Shown here piece by piece: positions 34,047 to 47,715 of a stretch of DNA of 64,000 bases. Under the pieces are notes generated by a model, which was not told where the DNA came from, searched no databases, and saw only the letters and a program-made list of their open reading frames with translations. The translations under genes were made by a program, and so were the position numbers. The stretch comes from Eledone cirrhosa. Its lineage: Eukaryota. Within the stretch, counting starts at the first letter, position 1. The number at the start of each line of letters is the position of its first letter. The stretch spans positions 45,384,001 through 45,448,000 of the forward strand of contig OZ024748.1 in NCBI GenBank assembly GCA_964016885.1, in the 5' to 3' direction.

Positions 34047-36300
34047 ATTATCTCTTTCTCTTAATTTCGTGTTACTACCCGGGTCTCATATGTTGTTAAT
34101 ATTGATTTTAGACCCCGGCCACCTTCCTTGCGTGAGAAGTATAGCCTATCCACATCACCATTGATGTTAAAGTTCCCAGTAACACTGAGAAGTTTGCGAG
34201 TTCTAACATCCATCTCACTTAGTTCTTGCAATGACCAGTTCAGCAGGCCAAATGTTGGCGTTAGAATTGGCACAGCATAAGTATTGTGGGCAATGTATTT
34301 GTTGTACGCTGACAGTTCTGATGACCATATTTTCTTTACTCTTCTGAGGTATTCAGTTCTGGTTCTCTCCTTATTTATGGGTTCATCATATCTGACATTC
34401 TCATCCTGTCCAAGATATCTGTAGTTGTCACCTGACTGTAGAGGTTGTATTGTCAGGCCGTTCATCTCTAGATTTCTAGAGGAGGGCACAGCTCTTCCAC
34501 GTTTTACTGCCAAATATGCACACTTGGACTCACCAAATTTCATTTTGATGTCGGTTGAAAATTGTGTAATGATGTTCAATTGTTTCTTGATGTCATTGAT
34601 ATTTGGCCCATACAACTTCAAGTCATCAACAAAGAAAAGATGGGAGATACTTCTTTGTCCACCTTGTTTCCTGAGTAGGGAAGATAGTGGATTCAGTGAG
34701 AGAACGAAGAGTAGCACTGACAAGCTATCACCCTGAAAGATGCCCTTCTGGTAATGTATCTTATCAGTCTTAACTTGCTCCTTCTCACCTCTAAGGATCA
34801 AATTGCTGTACCAGTTCTTGGTCAGGCGTTCAACAGCAGCTACCAATGGTTGTAGGACTTTGGCTAACTGTAAAGCCTTAATAATCCACCTCTGAGGTAC
34901 ACTATCAAATGCTGTTTGGTAGTCCAGCCACACCACAGTCATGTTTCTGCGATTGTTTGTTGTTTTTTCCTGAATCATTTTGTTAGTTAGTAGGTGATCT
35001 ATGCAACACCACACCTCCCTCTTTCCACCAGCTTGCTCAGGTGTTATGATGTTGTTGGTAGCACAGTGATCCTGTAAGAACAGGTTAAGGCACCCAGCAT
35101 ATAATTTATACATGATGTTTTGGCAGGCTATTGGGCGGTAATTTTTAGCAAGGGTGGTTTGGCTATTTTTGGGAATAAGGAGAGTAGTGGCAGTTGATAA
35201 CCATCTGGACAGTTCTTGTGTGCCTTTAATGGTTTCTGTAAACAGCCGTATGAGATCTTGCCGATAGAAAGTGAAATTCTTTAACCAGTATCCTGTAATG
35301 AGGTCTGGGCCTGGCGATTTCCTATTCGACATTTTCTGTAGAGCTGTTTCCAGTATTGACCCATCTATGTCATATTGTTTTGTCTGGACATGTTGGCAGT
35401 AGTCCTGTTCCAGTTCTTTTAGCCAATTAGTTTCCCATACAGATCTCCAGTAGCTCTCAACCTGTTCTTTTGAGGGTTGTCATTTACAGGGATTGAGCTT
35501 TTGCCACCGAAGCTACGATAAACGGATTTAGGATCTCTGGCAAACAATCTATTTAGCACTTGTCGTTTATGTGCTGTTGACTTATATTTTAGTCTTTCTG
35601 TTGTAGCTGTGAGTTGTTGTTTCAACTGGTGTAATTTGGAGTTCAAAGTTTTAAATTTTGTATCTCCAAATCGTCTCTCTAACTTTTTTTTTAGGTCTTC
35701 CTGGTGTCGTGTGAAGTTGCTCTGTATGTTGCATTTCATAACGACTGCGATGTGTGAGATACTTCGTCTCAGGGACAAAATTTTGCTTTTTAAATTTCGC
35801 ATCCACGCTGGTTCAGGCTTTCTGTTTGTATCTTGATTGCGTGGTTTTAGATGTGTGTTATATGATAGCAATGTGACAGCTGAAACATATAACAAAACAT
35901 TAAGCGTTTCAAATATCGTTTCTACACCTTTAGATCGTATAGCCTTCAGATAATTGCCAGCTATTTCGTTTACCGCTTCCAATTCCAATTTAGTGGGTTC
36001 TTTACTGATTCAGGTATTGTATGGTCTGTCACTCGCATTAAGGCTGTGTATCTCTTGAAACATATCGTTCCATATCACTTGTAAGGTGTCCACAAGTTTT
36101 TGGTGTTCTGTTTGTTCAGTAGTCATGAATTTCAGCCTCGTTGTTGATGTGGTGACAATTACTACTAGAGTTAGCTGACCTTTCTCGCTGTTCTTCAGTG
36201 GAAGTGGGATGGATTTCAGCAAAATTGTTGGTGAGCTGTTTACTGTTAGATTCAGCTGGCCATTCTCTTTGTCTGTCAGTGGAGGTGGGGTGGTTGTCTA
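34047..36300 (-). mobile_element. Second R4/Dong-like LINE subfamily (RT region), 3'-deleted
   Basis: ORF 34061-35332: KSPGPD, NYRPIAC, WLDYQTAFDSV, GIFQGDSLS, HLFFVDDLKL, YRYLG, RKEGGRGL; N-terminal fragments 35419-36222; (CATA)n at 5' junction. Confidence 0.92.
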
Positions 36301-36534
36301 CGTATGTGTGTATGTATGTATGTATGTATGTATGTATGTATGTATGTATGTATGTATGTATGTATGTATGTATGTATGTATGTGTGTGTATGTATGTATG
36401 TGTGTATGTATGTAAGTATGTATATATGTATGGGTGTATGTATGCATATGTGTGTGTAAATCTATGTAACGTACCCTAAACACCACCACAACTAGCTATA
36501 TCCACTAAAACACCGAAACAACAATAACAATAAT

Positions 36535-36722
36535 TGTTACTACTTTTGGCACAAGGCTAGCAATTATCTCAGTGTATAACTGGTACTTTATTTTATCGAC
36601 CCCGTAATGATGAAAGGCAAAGTTAACCTCGGCGGGATTTGAACTAAGACCATAAAGGGCCGTAACTCTATGCTGCAAAGCATGGCTTCCGACCCTCCAT
36701 CGATACTGCCAATCCACCGCTC
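36535..36722 (-). mobile_element. tRNA-derived SINE
   Basis: Reverse complement of the 53271-53496 family; B box AGTTCAAATCC. Confidence 0.85.
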
Positions 36723-37295
36723 TTAACAACAACCATAATAAAAACAAAACACATGCAAAAAACAAAACAAAACAAAAGAAAAAAAACAAAGAAGAAAAAA
36801 AACAACTAAATATTTATTTTCTGCGACTCAAACTGAAAAACCTGTTAGAATAATTTTGGACGTAAAGAAGACTTTTTTATGATAAATAATGCTGGCTTTT
36901 CCAACTAAGATGGTCAGAGATAAATAGATTGATGAATATATAAGCACTTTTTATTGGACAAAATTATACGGTGACATCTATTGGCTGAACATCTTGCGTG
37001 GAAGAAATGTCCTTTTCTCGTGTGGCTTCTTATTGATTCTATCAATCCGTAGTTAAATATGTTTAGAATTGTACCAAAATTGTGTGGGAACAGGAAATCA
37101 ATCAGCAAATACTTCTTCCTTTAGAATTTCGTTTAGGTTTCATGTTTGGCATTTGTGGTATCTTAGAGAGAATATTCTATCTACATAAATTCGTATCTAC
37201 GTTATATATCTCTTTGACTGCCTGGTGCTTATGAAAAAATACATATAAATTCATATAAAAATACATATAAAATACATATCTATCTATGTATTTTT

Positions 37296-37868
37296 CTGTC
37301 TGTCGCGTATGGGACAAATCCAGTTGACTGCCGAGTCCATAGTAAGGATCAAACCGCCAGCCTCTTTAAAAAACGAAAGAGAGGCGGTTTTCCTCTGTAC
37401 AGTGGCTATGGTGAAAGAGGTTATAGGGTGGACGAGATTGAGAGGACTGAGCACAGATGCCTTTCTCTCCGGACAACAATTGATTCCCTTCTTTAAGTAT
37501 CACTTTAGAAGGAGAATCAGAGTGGAGGGAGAGGCACTGCACCCCAGTAAATTTACTGAAAGGTGGGTGAATGAAGCGAAAATGGTCCGAGTGATTGGGC
37601 CTTCTCTGTTTATAAGCCTGTAGGTTAAAGAAGAGAGCAAAAGGAAGGGAGCACTTGCACAACACGCTCCTGAAGTTGAGGGTTGTTCTATCGACGGGGT
37701 ATTAAACAACCCATTCGTGCCGTCTCCCCCCTATTGGGGATTTCGATTGTTATAATTGTTTGTTTGTTTTATATTTTTTTTTTACTTTTACACGACTGTA
37801 TGTAAAATCCCCGGCATGTGTCTTTGTATTGTCCCCTTTTCTTGTGCACCCTTGTGGCAAATAAAGAA

Positions 37869-37955
<87 letters not shown>

Positions 37956-37960
37956 CATCC

Positions 37961-38010
<50 letters not shown>
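37296..38010 (+). mobile_element. 5'-truncated Tx1-family copy with long (TCTA)n tail
   Basis: IQLTAESIVRIKPP...ERWVNEAKMVRV matches the ORF2 C-terminus; AATAAAGAAA then ~35 TCTA units. Confidence 0.92.
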
Positions 38011-38012
<2 letters not shown>

Positions 38013-38014
38013 CT

Positions 38015-39455
38015 GTCAAGATAAATAGGGGTGTAACAGACTCAAAGGGTTAATCGGTCGATTTGATCTGGCCGATAGATATCGATTAGATTTTCCGACT
38101 GCGCCAACCTGGACTTGGGCAAACCGCAGCGGATCATCTACGTCGTACCTAGATAGGTTCTTAGTTAGAAATAAAGATAAGGACTTTTTAAGTTGTCCAA
38201 AAATGCTCATGGTTGGCTATTCAGACCACAAGTTAGTGACCTGCATGGTCAACCTTGACAGAACGCATAGACAGGGTCCCGGTTACTGGAAGCTCAAACT
38301 TGTCCTTACCGGCAAGTAAGGCTTACAGGGACCGGATTAGCACTTTAGTTAAGGAGCGGTTGACGGGCGCCATCGTCAACAGCAGGTGGTCGGGATCTCT
38401 CAAAAGAGTGATTAGAATAGTCTCTATGGAATTTAGTAAGGAGTTAGCCTCAAATAGAAATAGGAAGGAAAGGGAGTTGGTAGATAGTGTAGAAGAGGCA
38501 ATTAGGAGCGGCGAAGTGGCCAGAGTGCTTACGTCGAGAACGGCCCTGGGCCAGTTCTTCGACGCGAAACACGAAGGCTGCATCGTCCGAAGCAAAATAC
38601 GTGCTCTGGGAAACGAGGGGACCAAAGCTGTTAGCTCGGCCAGCGTGACACAAGCCAAAACAGGGAGTAGATCCACTATCCGGTCTTTGCGAGACCAGGA
38701 TGGACGGGTGAACCTAAGCAGATGTGCGAGGCTTTTCAAAAGCACTTTGCCAGATTGTTCGGAAGGGGCGGGGAACCGGTTGGGGAAGTGGACTTCGGTC
38801 CATACCTCGACGGCCTGCAGCGTCTCTCGGACAGGGAAGCGAAGTCCTGCGAGGAGCCGATTTCAGCCGCTGAGATAAAGGAGGTGCTGAGCCAATGCGG
38901 CAAACGCAAATCCCCGGGTCTCGATGGTTTCCATACGAACTATATCTAGCTATGCCGGACTTGTTCCCCGATCTCCTCGAGGCGGTCTACTGCAACTGGC
39001 AACAGAACGGGAGAATTCCCTGTGCTGTGAACAAGGGTGTAGTCACGCTAGTGAGGAAGGACGAGAACAAGGGGGACGATATAAATAATTTCAGGCCCAT
39101 AACTCTGCTAAATACAGAGTTACAGATTTCGGCCAAGGTGCTAGCAAAGAGGTTGGCGCTTGTCGCGGGCAACCTGGTGGTAGATGCGCAGACATGTGCT
39201 ATCCCGTCCAGGTCCATCCACGACAACCTCCACCTCATGCGATACATCATAGAGAGGGTTGGGAACGAACCCGGCTTTGGTGGGGCCCTGATCAACTTTG
39301 ATCAATCTAAGGCGTTCGATAGGGTCGACCATGGTTACCTGGATGCGGTGCTAGCGGCGGCAGGCTTCGGACCCGTTTTCAGAGGCTGGATCAATGCCAT
39401 GCACAGCAGCCGCATCTGCTCTAGGGTCAAGGTGAATGGCTACCTCTCGAAATCC
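38015..39455 (+). pseudogene. Internal Tx1 ORF2 fragment (APE end to RT), frameshifted
   Basis: Collinear with ~23345-24788 (FFDAKHEGC, NFRPITLLN, DQSKAFDRV); begins directly after (TCTA)n. Confidence 0.92.
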
Positions 39456-39502
39456 CTATATATATATACATATATATATGTTTGTCTGTCTGTAGTTATA
39501 AT

Positions 39503-39693
39503 TGTCTCTACATTTGGCACAAGACCAGCAATTATCTCAGTGTATTACTGGTACTTCATTTTATCGACCCCGTAAGGATGAAAGGCTAAGTTAACCTCGG
39601 CGGGATTTGAACTCAGACCATAAAGGGCCGTAACTCTTTGGTGCAAAGCATGGCGTCAGACCTTCTACCGATACTATCAATTCACCGCTCTTA
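39503..39693 (-). mobile_element. tRNA-derived SINE with 15-bp TSD
   Basis: GTCTGTAGTTATAAT at 39488-39502 and 39694-39708. Confidence 0.88.
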
Positions 39694-40003
39694 GTCTGTA
39701 GTTATAATGCCATCTACAGAGCTATTGTATATGTGCTTGTATGTCTTCACGTATGTAGAAATCACTTAAGTAACACGTTTTGTGGAAATGCGGGGGGGGG
39801 GGGGGGGAGAAACGTTGGTGACGATGGTAATGATGATGGCGGTGATGATGATAGTAATGATGATGGCGGTAATGATGATGGTGGTGGTGATGATGATGGT
39901 GATGATGATGGCGGTGATGATGATAATAAAGGAGGAGAGAGCGTAGAGAGAGAAAGAGAGGGAAAGAGCCAGAGAGAGAGATAGAGAGAAAGAGGGGGTG
40001 GAG

Positions 40004-40057
<54 letters not shown>

Positions 40058-40124
40058 GGAGAAAGACAGAGAGAGAGACAGGGAGAGAGAGAGAGAGATA
40101 TAGAGAGAGACAGAGAGAGAAATG

Positions 40125-40168
<44 letters not shown>

Positions 40169-40191
40169 AAGATATATATATATATATATAT

Positions 40192-41700
40192 TAAAGAGTT
40201 AAACAAGATTCAATGAGTACATCAAAGAATGAGTTTTACAATAGATTGGAAGCACTCTACAAAAAAAAATTTTTTCAGAGTTATTAATATTAATTATAAA
40301 TATTAACAAAATAGATAATCTTGTGATCAATTATATTTTATTATACATATTTCAGAGGTACTGAATTAAGTTCAACAGTACGTCCTCATAAGCTAAAATA
40401 AAATGATCCATGACATACCCTGACATTGTAGATGGTTAAGATTTAATCAAGGTAGTGATTAACTTATGAGAAAACTCAATATTTATACCCTAATATTGAG
40501 ATCATGAGAAAACGTAATACAATCAATAGAGAGAGTGTGAGTAATATATTTTAAGAAATACATGGCATCAATATAACAGTTATAGAATTTTTAATATTTA
40601 AAAAACTATTAGAGAAATATGCGGGAGATGAAAGCATAGAGGAAGACGTAGCTGATGGTATAACTTATTTAGTATTTAGCTTGAGAAGACGAATGAAAGA
40701 TAAATAAAGAGAGAGAGAGAGAGACAAAGGGGAGTAATATATGCTCAAGTTTCTACATACACTTATTCATATAGAGTTGTCGGTTAATTTTCAAAATATT
40801 TAATTTATGTTTTTTCAGGGTAAAGAATCAAATTTTAGGTTTTAAAAGTTGATGGGTATTTCTATTAATATTATAATATAATTATGTAAAATTTCTAAAA
40901 TTCAAATTTTATGAAGACAAATTTAGAGGATTTACGAAACCCGCGAAAGAAAGAAAATATACATATAAAGTTCAATATCCCCACAAAGGTAATCTTTACC
41001 AAAATTACTCATAAAATTGAAAACAGTTTCTATAATATAATATATGAGATATTTACAGTTATAACTATTAAAGAATTTATTGTTAAATAGTTAGAGTGCC
41101 TAAAGTATTAACAGGTCTTATAATTAAACTTAAAGAAGTCAGAGTTTTCAGCTATATATATATGTGTGTATTGATCATAATATACAAAGACTATAATTTA
41201 TTATTTGTTCATATATTGTATTAAGAAAATGATTATATAAGTTCGACCTTCCAGGGAAAACCAAACACTTATAATAATGTCATTTGAGTGTTTAAATTAT
41301 TTATATAAATGTAACTACGATTATGTTATTACCCCAGATAAAGATATTTGTACAAACTATATATAGATATACAAGGTATTAATGAAACGGTATACATTTA
41401 ATAAAGAATAATAAAATCTTGTTAGTAGTTTTATATAAATGTAACTACGATTATGTTATTACACTAGATAAAGATATTTGTACAAACTATATATAGATAT
41501 ACTAGGTATTAATGAAACGGTATACATTTAATAAAAAATAAAAAATAGCGATTATAATCATTGTTAGTAGTTTTACCTCCAATTCAGTGGAAAAATAAAC
41601 CAATATTTGTCAGCTATTATGGTTTGTTAAATATACATAAAAAAGCAAAGCGCAAATCCAACTTTCTGAGTCTCCCAAAACCATTTCAAAATGAGTAAAA
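40192..41700 (-). mobile_element. Old family E PLE 3' region with mutated HHR (~40333-40400)
   Basis: 40192-40440 is homologous to 51046-51295. The extent beyond that is uncertain. 130-bp tandem duplication at 41301/41431. Confidence 0.6.
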
Positions 41701-41964
41701 TATATATATATATATAATATGTAAACGCATGAATGATCCACAGTTCAAATTAAAATCAGTAAATTTACAGGTTAGATATCTAAACTATATATTTAAAACA
41801 GAAATAGAAAAATAAAGATCTGAATCAAAGTTAAAAATATCCAAAAAAACCATAGGGTATGCATATCTATCAAGTAAACAAGTTATCAAACAAGTGTCAT
41901 TCATTCAAACATTAATTCCATAATAAATGATTAGAAGATAAAGCATTATTAAAGTTTTATAAAC

Positions 41965-42404
41965 CAGATTGTCCTCTGCAAAATAATTGTTTGGATAGAA
42001 ATTTGGTGTATAAATGCACCGTAAAAACAAATAACAATACATACAACTACATTGGAGCAACTTCTTCTACATTTAAAGCAAGATTTGCGAATCATAAATG
42101 CTCATTCTCGAATTCTAATAGGAAGTCTTCGACTTGTTTACCACAGCTTATATGGTCATTAACAGACAAAAATTTAAAATACTCGATCTTTTGGATGAAG
42201 CTTTGTAATAGTGAAGTTTATGTCAACTCTTGTGTATCAATTAACTGCAGCCTTTGTACAAAGGAGACCCTATTAATAATTAATAAGTATGAAAACTTAA
42301 TTAACAAAAAAAGTGAATTATTCTCAAACTGTCTTCATAAAGCTTTGTCTACATTCCAAGCCTCGCAAAGAGTCAGGAAAAAAACAGTAAGCAACCAAGC
42401 CTGA
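41965..42404 (+). pseudogene. PLE GIY-YIG endonuclease remnant
   Basis: PDCPLQNNCLDRNLVYKC..YIGAT..FKARFANH..SF..CSLC.KE..LIN..SEL..CLH; parallels the 46810-47715 protein. Confidence 0.88.
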
Positions 42405-43194
42405 TTTTCGACGTCTATCATCAACTGTTGAACATATAAGTCATAACGGTTTATAAAACTTTAATAGTGCTTTATCTTCTAATCATTATTAATTGTTTCA
42501 GCCAAGGATGTTGTATTAGCTAATGCAGCATTTTAAAAAGAGAACTTCATAATTTTATTTCCCTCTTACAGCTCTCTTTTCCTAAATTAATACCTAAAAG
42601 TATACATACATTAATTTAATTTCCTGTTATGAATCTAGATTCCTTGTAGTCTATATAAGATTGGTATTTCTCACTACTACACTTATCCCAACATTTTATT
42701 TTCCTTCGGTTTTAACAACATTCTTTAATAACATCTAATTCTTATTTATCACATCCATATGAATTAATATAAATTTATCCCTATAATTATACCTACCAAT
42801 TAATTTAATTTCTTGTTATAGATCTAAATTCCTTGTGTTTTAAATAAGATTGGAATTTCTCACTAATACCTTTACCCTAAAATTTTACTCTCCTTCGGTT
42901 TTAACATTAGCAATCTTATATAGACTACAAGGAATCTAGATTCATATAACATCAAATTTTCGTGTACTCTTCACCGGCTTGACCTCTTTTCATGCTCAAA
43001 GTATTCTTTTCATTCAAAGTATTCTTTCAATTCAAAACATAAGTCTGCACTCCTCTACCCCTAAATTAAATTTCTACTACTACTATTCTATCAACTTGAC
43101 CTCTTACTACTTTTCTATTGGTCAAATCAAAGCCTGTTCCCAAACAGACCTATTATATTAAATATTTGTTGGTTTTTTTCAATAAACAAATCTC

Positions 43195-43328
43195 ATTATT
43201 TCTGAAGGCAGCATATATATGTGAAGGTATGTATATTTCCTCTGTTAGTTTGTAATATTTTTACATAGATCTATATGATATACATACCAACACACATATA
43301 TATATCCTAGAAACGATCGTAAAATGGT
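43195..43328 (+). ncRNA. Hammerhead-like motif with ~100-nt stem II in the 3' pLTR of the 41.9-kb PLE
   Basis: ATTATTT-CTGAAGg-[long stem including GGTATGTATAT/ATATACATACC]-GAA-ACGATCGT-A-AAATGGT; one core mismatch. Confidence 0.55.
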
Positions 43329-43515
43329 GAATTTTTTAATATAAGGAAATTGTTCTTTGTTTTGATTCATTGTTTTTATTAATTTATCTTTACTCTGTTT
43401 TCCTGTGATTTTCATCGAAAATTTTTGAAAGCATCTTCTCTTTTCATGATATTTGGATTACATTGAGTTCTTCATACGGATTGGACACTACCGTATATTT
43501 TGGTAGATTTATCTA

Positions 43516-43555
<40 letters not shown>

Positions 43556-43851
43556 TATAAGCCATTTCATGTGTAACAGCATTTGTTTTTCAATATTAAG
43601 AATGACAATTGGAATTACTACAGCAGATTTAATCAGCCAACGGCATCAATATATCCCGAATATCACACAGACATACCATATCTATGCGATATCGCTAAGA
43701 CTCATGTCATATGTCAGCTTTATCACCATGTCGTAAAAAATTAACATCAAATAACCATGTTTCCATTGCACAAACATATTTCTCTTACTCTGTTCCTCCT
43801 TCTCTCTTTCTCTGCCCCTCTTTCTCTATCTCCTGCCCTCTCTCTTTTTCT

Positions 43852-43884
<33 letters not shown>

Positions 43885-43970
43885 TTTTTTTGTTCTATCT
43901 TACATTCTCATATCTTCTACTCTATCTCTCTCTCCTCTGTACCTCCCTCTCTCTCTTTCTCCCCTTTCTC

Positions 43971-44044
<74 letters not shown>

Positions 44045-44168
44045 AATATATATATATTATATATATATATATATATCCCTTTTTTTTCTATCTTACATTT
44101 TCATATCTTCTACTCTATCTCTCTCTCCTCTATACCTCCCCTCTCTCTCTTTCTCCCCTCTCTTTCTT

Positions 44169-44217
<49 letters not shown>

Positions 44218-44307
44218 TCTCTTCACTCTCTCTCTCTCTCTTCCTCTCTTCCTCCATTCCATTCTCCGACACCTCTCTCTATTTTTCTATCACACATTGC
44301 CGTATCT

Positions 44308-44407
<100 letters not shown>

Positions 44408-44616
44408 CTCTCCCCTCTCTCTCTCTTATACATAGATAATATAGTTATATGTTGTATGAGACAAGACAGTTCCCCTGATTTCTAGATATCAGAGTTACTG
44501 CGTTCATATATTTATTACCCTCTATCTCTGGTTATGTATGCTACATTGGTAAGTATAATATATATATATATTTGTACATATATCTATATCTATATATATA
44601 TATATATGTACATTTA

Positions 44617-44650
<34 letters not shown>

Positions 44651-44654
<4 letters not shown>

Positions 44655-44882
44655 AACGAGTAGGAGCCCGACGGCTGAGCTCAAGCCGTTTCGACGGCTA
44701 ATTCTGGACTATATGATATACATACCAACACACATATATATCCTAGAAACGATCGTAAAATGATGAAACGGCTTGAGCTCAGCCGTCGGGTCCTACTCGT
44801 TCCTATTACCCACTCTACTACCCTAAGTATTGAGTACTTTGGTGCGTTATGGTCCACCTGGTTCCTTACCACATTTCTTTCG

Positions 44883-44885
<3 letters not shown>
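44651..44885 (+). mobile_element. Family B fold-back with captured centre
   Basis: Inverted arm 44651-44710, insert 44711-44764, sense arm 44765-44805, 80-nt tail. Confidence 0.88.
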
Positions 44886-44947
<62 letters not shown>

Positions 44948-44982
44948 TGTGTATGTATGTATACATATATATATATATATTC

Positions 44983-45016
<34 letters not shown>

Positions 45017-45474
45017 ATGTGTGTGTGTGTGTGTGTACGTGTGGGAGGAGGTATTTGTACGTGTGTGTGTGTACGTGTGGGAGGAGGTATTTGTACGTGT
45101 GTATGTGCATGTGTATTTCACTTCACATGTAATCTTAACGTGAAAAAACGGATTTAACAAAGGTGTACTTTTCAATTACTGACACAATACATTTTATATA
45201 TGGGGTCACATCCTCTCTTTCCTATAGAAATGGATGTGTGTGTATCTGTGTAAAGTTACCTTTTTTTCTGTATGTGGGTGGTTATAACATATGTACATAT
45301 ATAATTGTTTATATAATAATTCTAAGAAAATCAAAGGAAACTTTCTTAATGATTTACAACACACCGAAAAGATATCCTGGATACGAGTCAGGCTGGTGTG
45401 TTTTCTTGTAAATAGCTCTGTATTGTTATGCTTTTATTAAAATACATTGCTCCTTGGTCAGTGTACCTACAGAG

Positions 45475-45690
45475 CAGGGGTTCTCAACCTGTGTTCTCCA
45501 GAACACTAAAGTCCAGAAGAGGTGATTAGGGGGTTCCTTAACCCGGGTGAAATTGAAAACTCAAAACGTAAATATATTATAATGAAAATCAAACAAGATT
45601 TATATTGAAAAGTTTATTGTTTTAGCCGTAATATATTTAGTTAAAGTATGATTCCCTATTGAGTTGTTTATAATTTTCCTCGTTCTTTCT
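45475..45690. mobile_element. hAT-like MITE, one end
   Basis: Starts CAGGGGTTCTCAACCT (Charlie/MER-type TIR); second TIR not found. Confidence 0.45.
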
Positions 45691-45726
45691 TTGATTATGT
45701 GAATGTCTTAATTTATTAATATTCTG

Positions 45727-45766
<40 letters not shown>

Positions 45767-45768
<2 letters not shown>

Positions 45769-46068
45769 CGTTTCTGAATTTGTTTAGCAAGATTCTTTAT
45801 CTGAAATCGTGTGTTGAAACCGATATTGTTATACTTTGGGAGGGTCATGTTGCCAATAAGAAACACACGCACCAGTTGCTTTCACTTCAGTTTATTATAT
45901 ATTTATAAATTTACAAATTTATAAATTTATAAATTTCTGGTTGGTTGGTTGGTTGGTTGGTTGCATGCGCAGACTGAGCACACAACACACACACAGAAAC
46001 AAAATGGCGTAGGACAGACCAAAGGAGAGGCACAGAAACAAAGAAAGGAATCCGCAGTCACTGAAGAC
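45767..46068 (-). mobile_element. Family A rearranged copy
   Basis: 45767-45960 matches 9460-9640; followed by an inverted internal segment (45962-46047). Confidence 0.8.
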
Positions 46069-46369
46069 TGAAGAAAAAATATAATACAATAAGTTTTTTT
46101 ATACCAATATGGTATAAAAAAACTTATTGTATTATATTTTTTCTTTTCCCACCATTTTAGACAATACATTCACACCTACTACACAGTTGACCTTTATGTA
46201 TGTATGTATGTATGTATGTATGTATGTATGTATGTATGTATGTATGCATGTATGTATGCATGTATGTATGTATGTATGTATGTATGTATGTATGTATGTA
46301 TGTATGCGTATATGTATAAATCTATGTATTGAGTACCTTACTGACTGTGGTTACTCCCCAATTGGACCC

Positions 46370-46469
<100 letters not shown>

Positions 46470-46487
46470 TACACAAACACACACACG

Positions 46488-46678
<191 letters not shown>

Positions 46679-46809
46679 GATATTAAATAAATGGAAACTA
46701 TATTTATAAAACCATATTTATTTCATTATATATATTTCAGGGATATCATATTAAAAATATGGTATGCCTTCATCAGACAAAATACAATATAAACAGTCTT
46801 ATAAATAGA

Positions 46810-47715
46810 CAAAAACGTATCTCTAGAATCTCATCTAATAAAAAGATTTTCGACGAAAAAGCCCAGTATTACAATGAAGCGTTAGCTAGAGCAGGATATA
46901 GTGATAAAATTATGTACATAGATAATAATAGACAAACTAACCAAAATAACAACAATTTTAATTACGGCAACAACTTTAACAACTATAATAGAAAGCATTA
47001 CAATAATTCCAAAAGCCAAAAAAGAAATAGAACTAGGAATATAATATGGTTTGCCCCCCCTTTCTCACTAAACATTAAAACCCACATCGCTAAACTATTT
47101 TTTAATGTTCTTGATAATCGCTTCCCTAGAACACATAAGTATCACTCAATTTTCAATAGACATACTATAAAATTAACTTACTCATCCACCAAAAATTTAG
47201 CACAAAATATTAATAGAATAAATAATAGGAATTTAAAACCTAGCCAAAATACCGATAATAGCATAAATAATATCCAAGTAAACAAATGTAACTGTATAGA
47301 TAGATCTAAATGTCCGTTAAATAACAATTGCTTAGTTAAAAATATAATATACAACTGTAATGTTAAAACGGACTTAAATTCTTTTAACTATGTTGGTTCC
47401 ACCTCGACAGAATTTCAACTTCGCTATAATAACCACAAGAATTCTTTCACAGATCCAAGCAAAAAATCTTCAACATCACTATCAGGCTTACTCTGGCAAC
47501 TTAAGCATGATAACGTTGGATATTCGACGGCTTGGAATATAGTCTCAAGAGGGATTCCTTTTAATTCATCTTCTGAGACATGTGACCTCTGCGCAGAGGA
47601 GATATTCTTTATACTAAAATCTAAAAATTCCCTTAATTTACGGACAAATTTATTCAGTTGCTGCAGACATAGATTGAACTCAACTTTTAAATATAAATAT
47701 AAATTTAAAATGTAG
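46810..47715 (+). CDS. PLE C-terminal RT thumb, CxCx5C linker and GIY-YIG endonuclease (partial)
   Basis: KRISRISSN..YNEAL..AGY, IIWFAPPFS, IKLTYSS, CNCIDRSKCPL, IIY..YVGST..RYNNH, CDLC..E, LNLR..CCRH. The ATG at 46759 lies in the inverted pLTR and is fortuitous. Confidence 0.9.
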   Translation, partial: QKRISRISSNKKIFDEKAQYYNEALARAGYSDKIMYIDNNRQTNQNNNNFNYGNNFNNYNRKHYNNSKSQKRNRTRNIIWFAPPFSLNIKTHIAKLFFNVLDNRFPRTHKYHSIFNRHTIKLTYSSTKNLAQNINRINNRNLKPSQNTDNSINNIQVNKCNCIDRSKCPLNNNCLVKNIIYNCNVKTDLNSFNYVGSTSTEFQLRYNNHKNSFTDPSKKSSTSLSGLLWQLKHDNVGYSTAWNIVSRGIPFNSSSETCDLCAEEIFFILKSKNSLNLRTNLFSCCRHRLNSTFKYKYKFKM

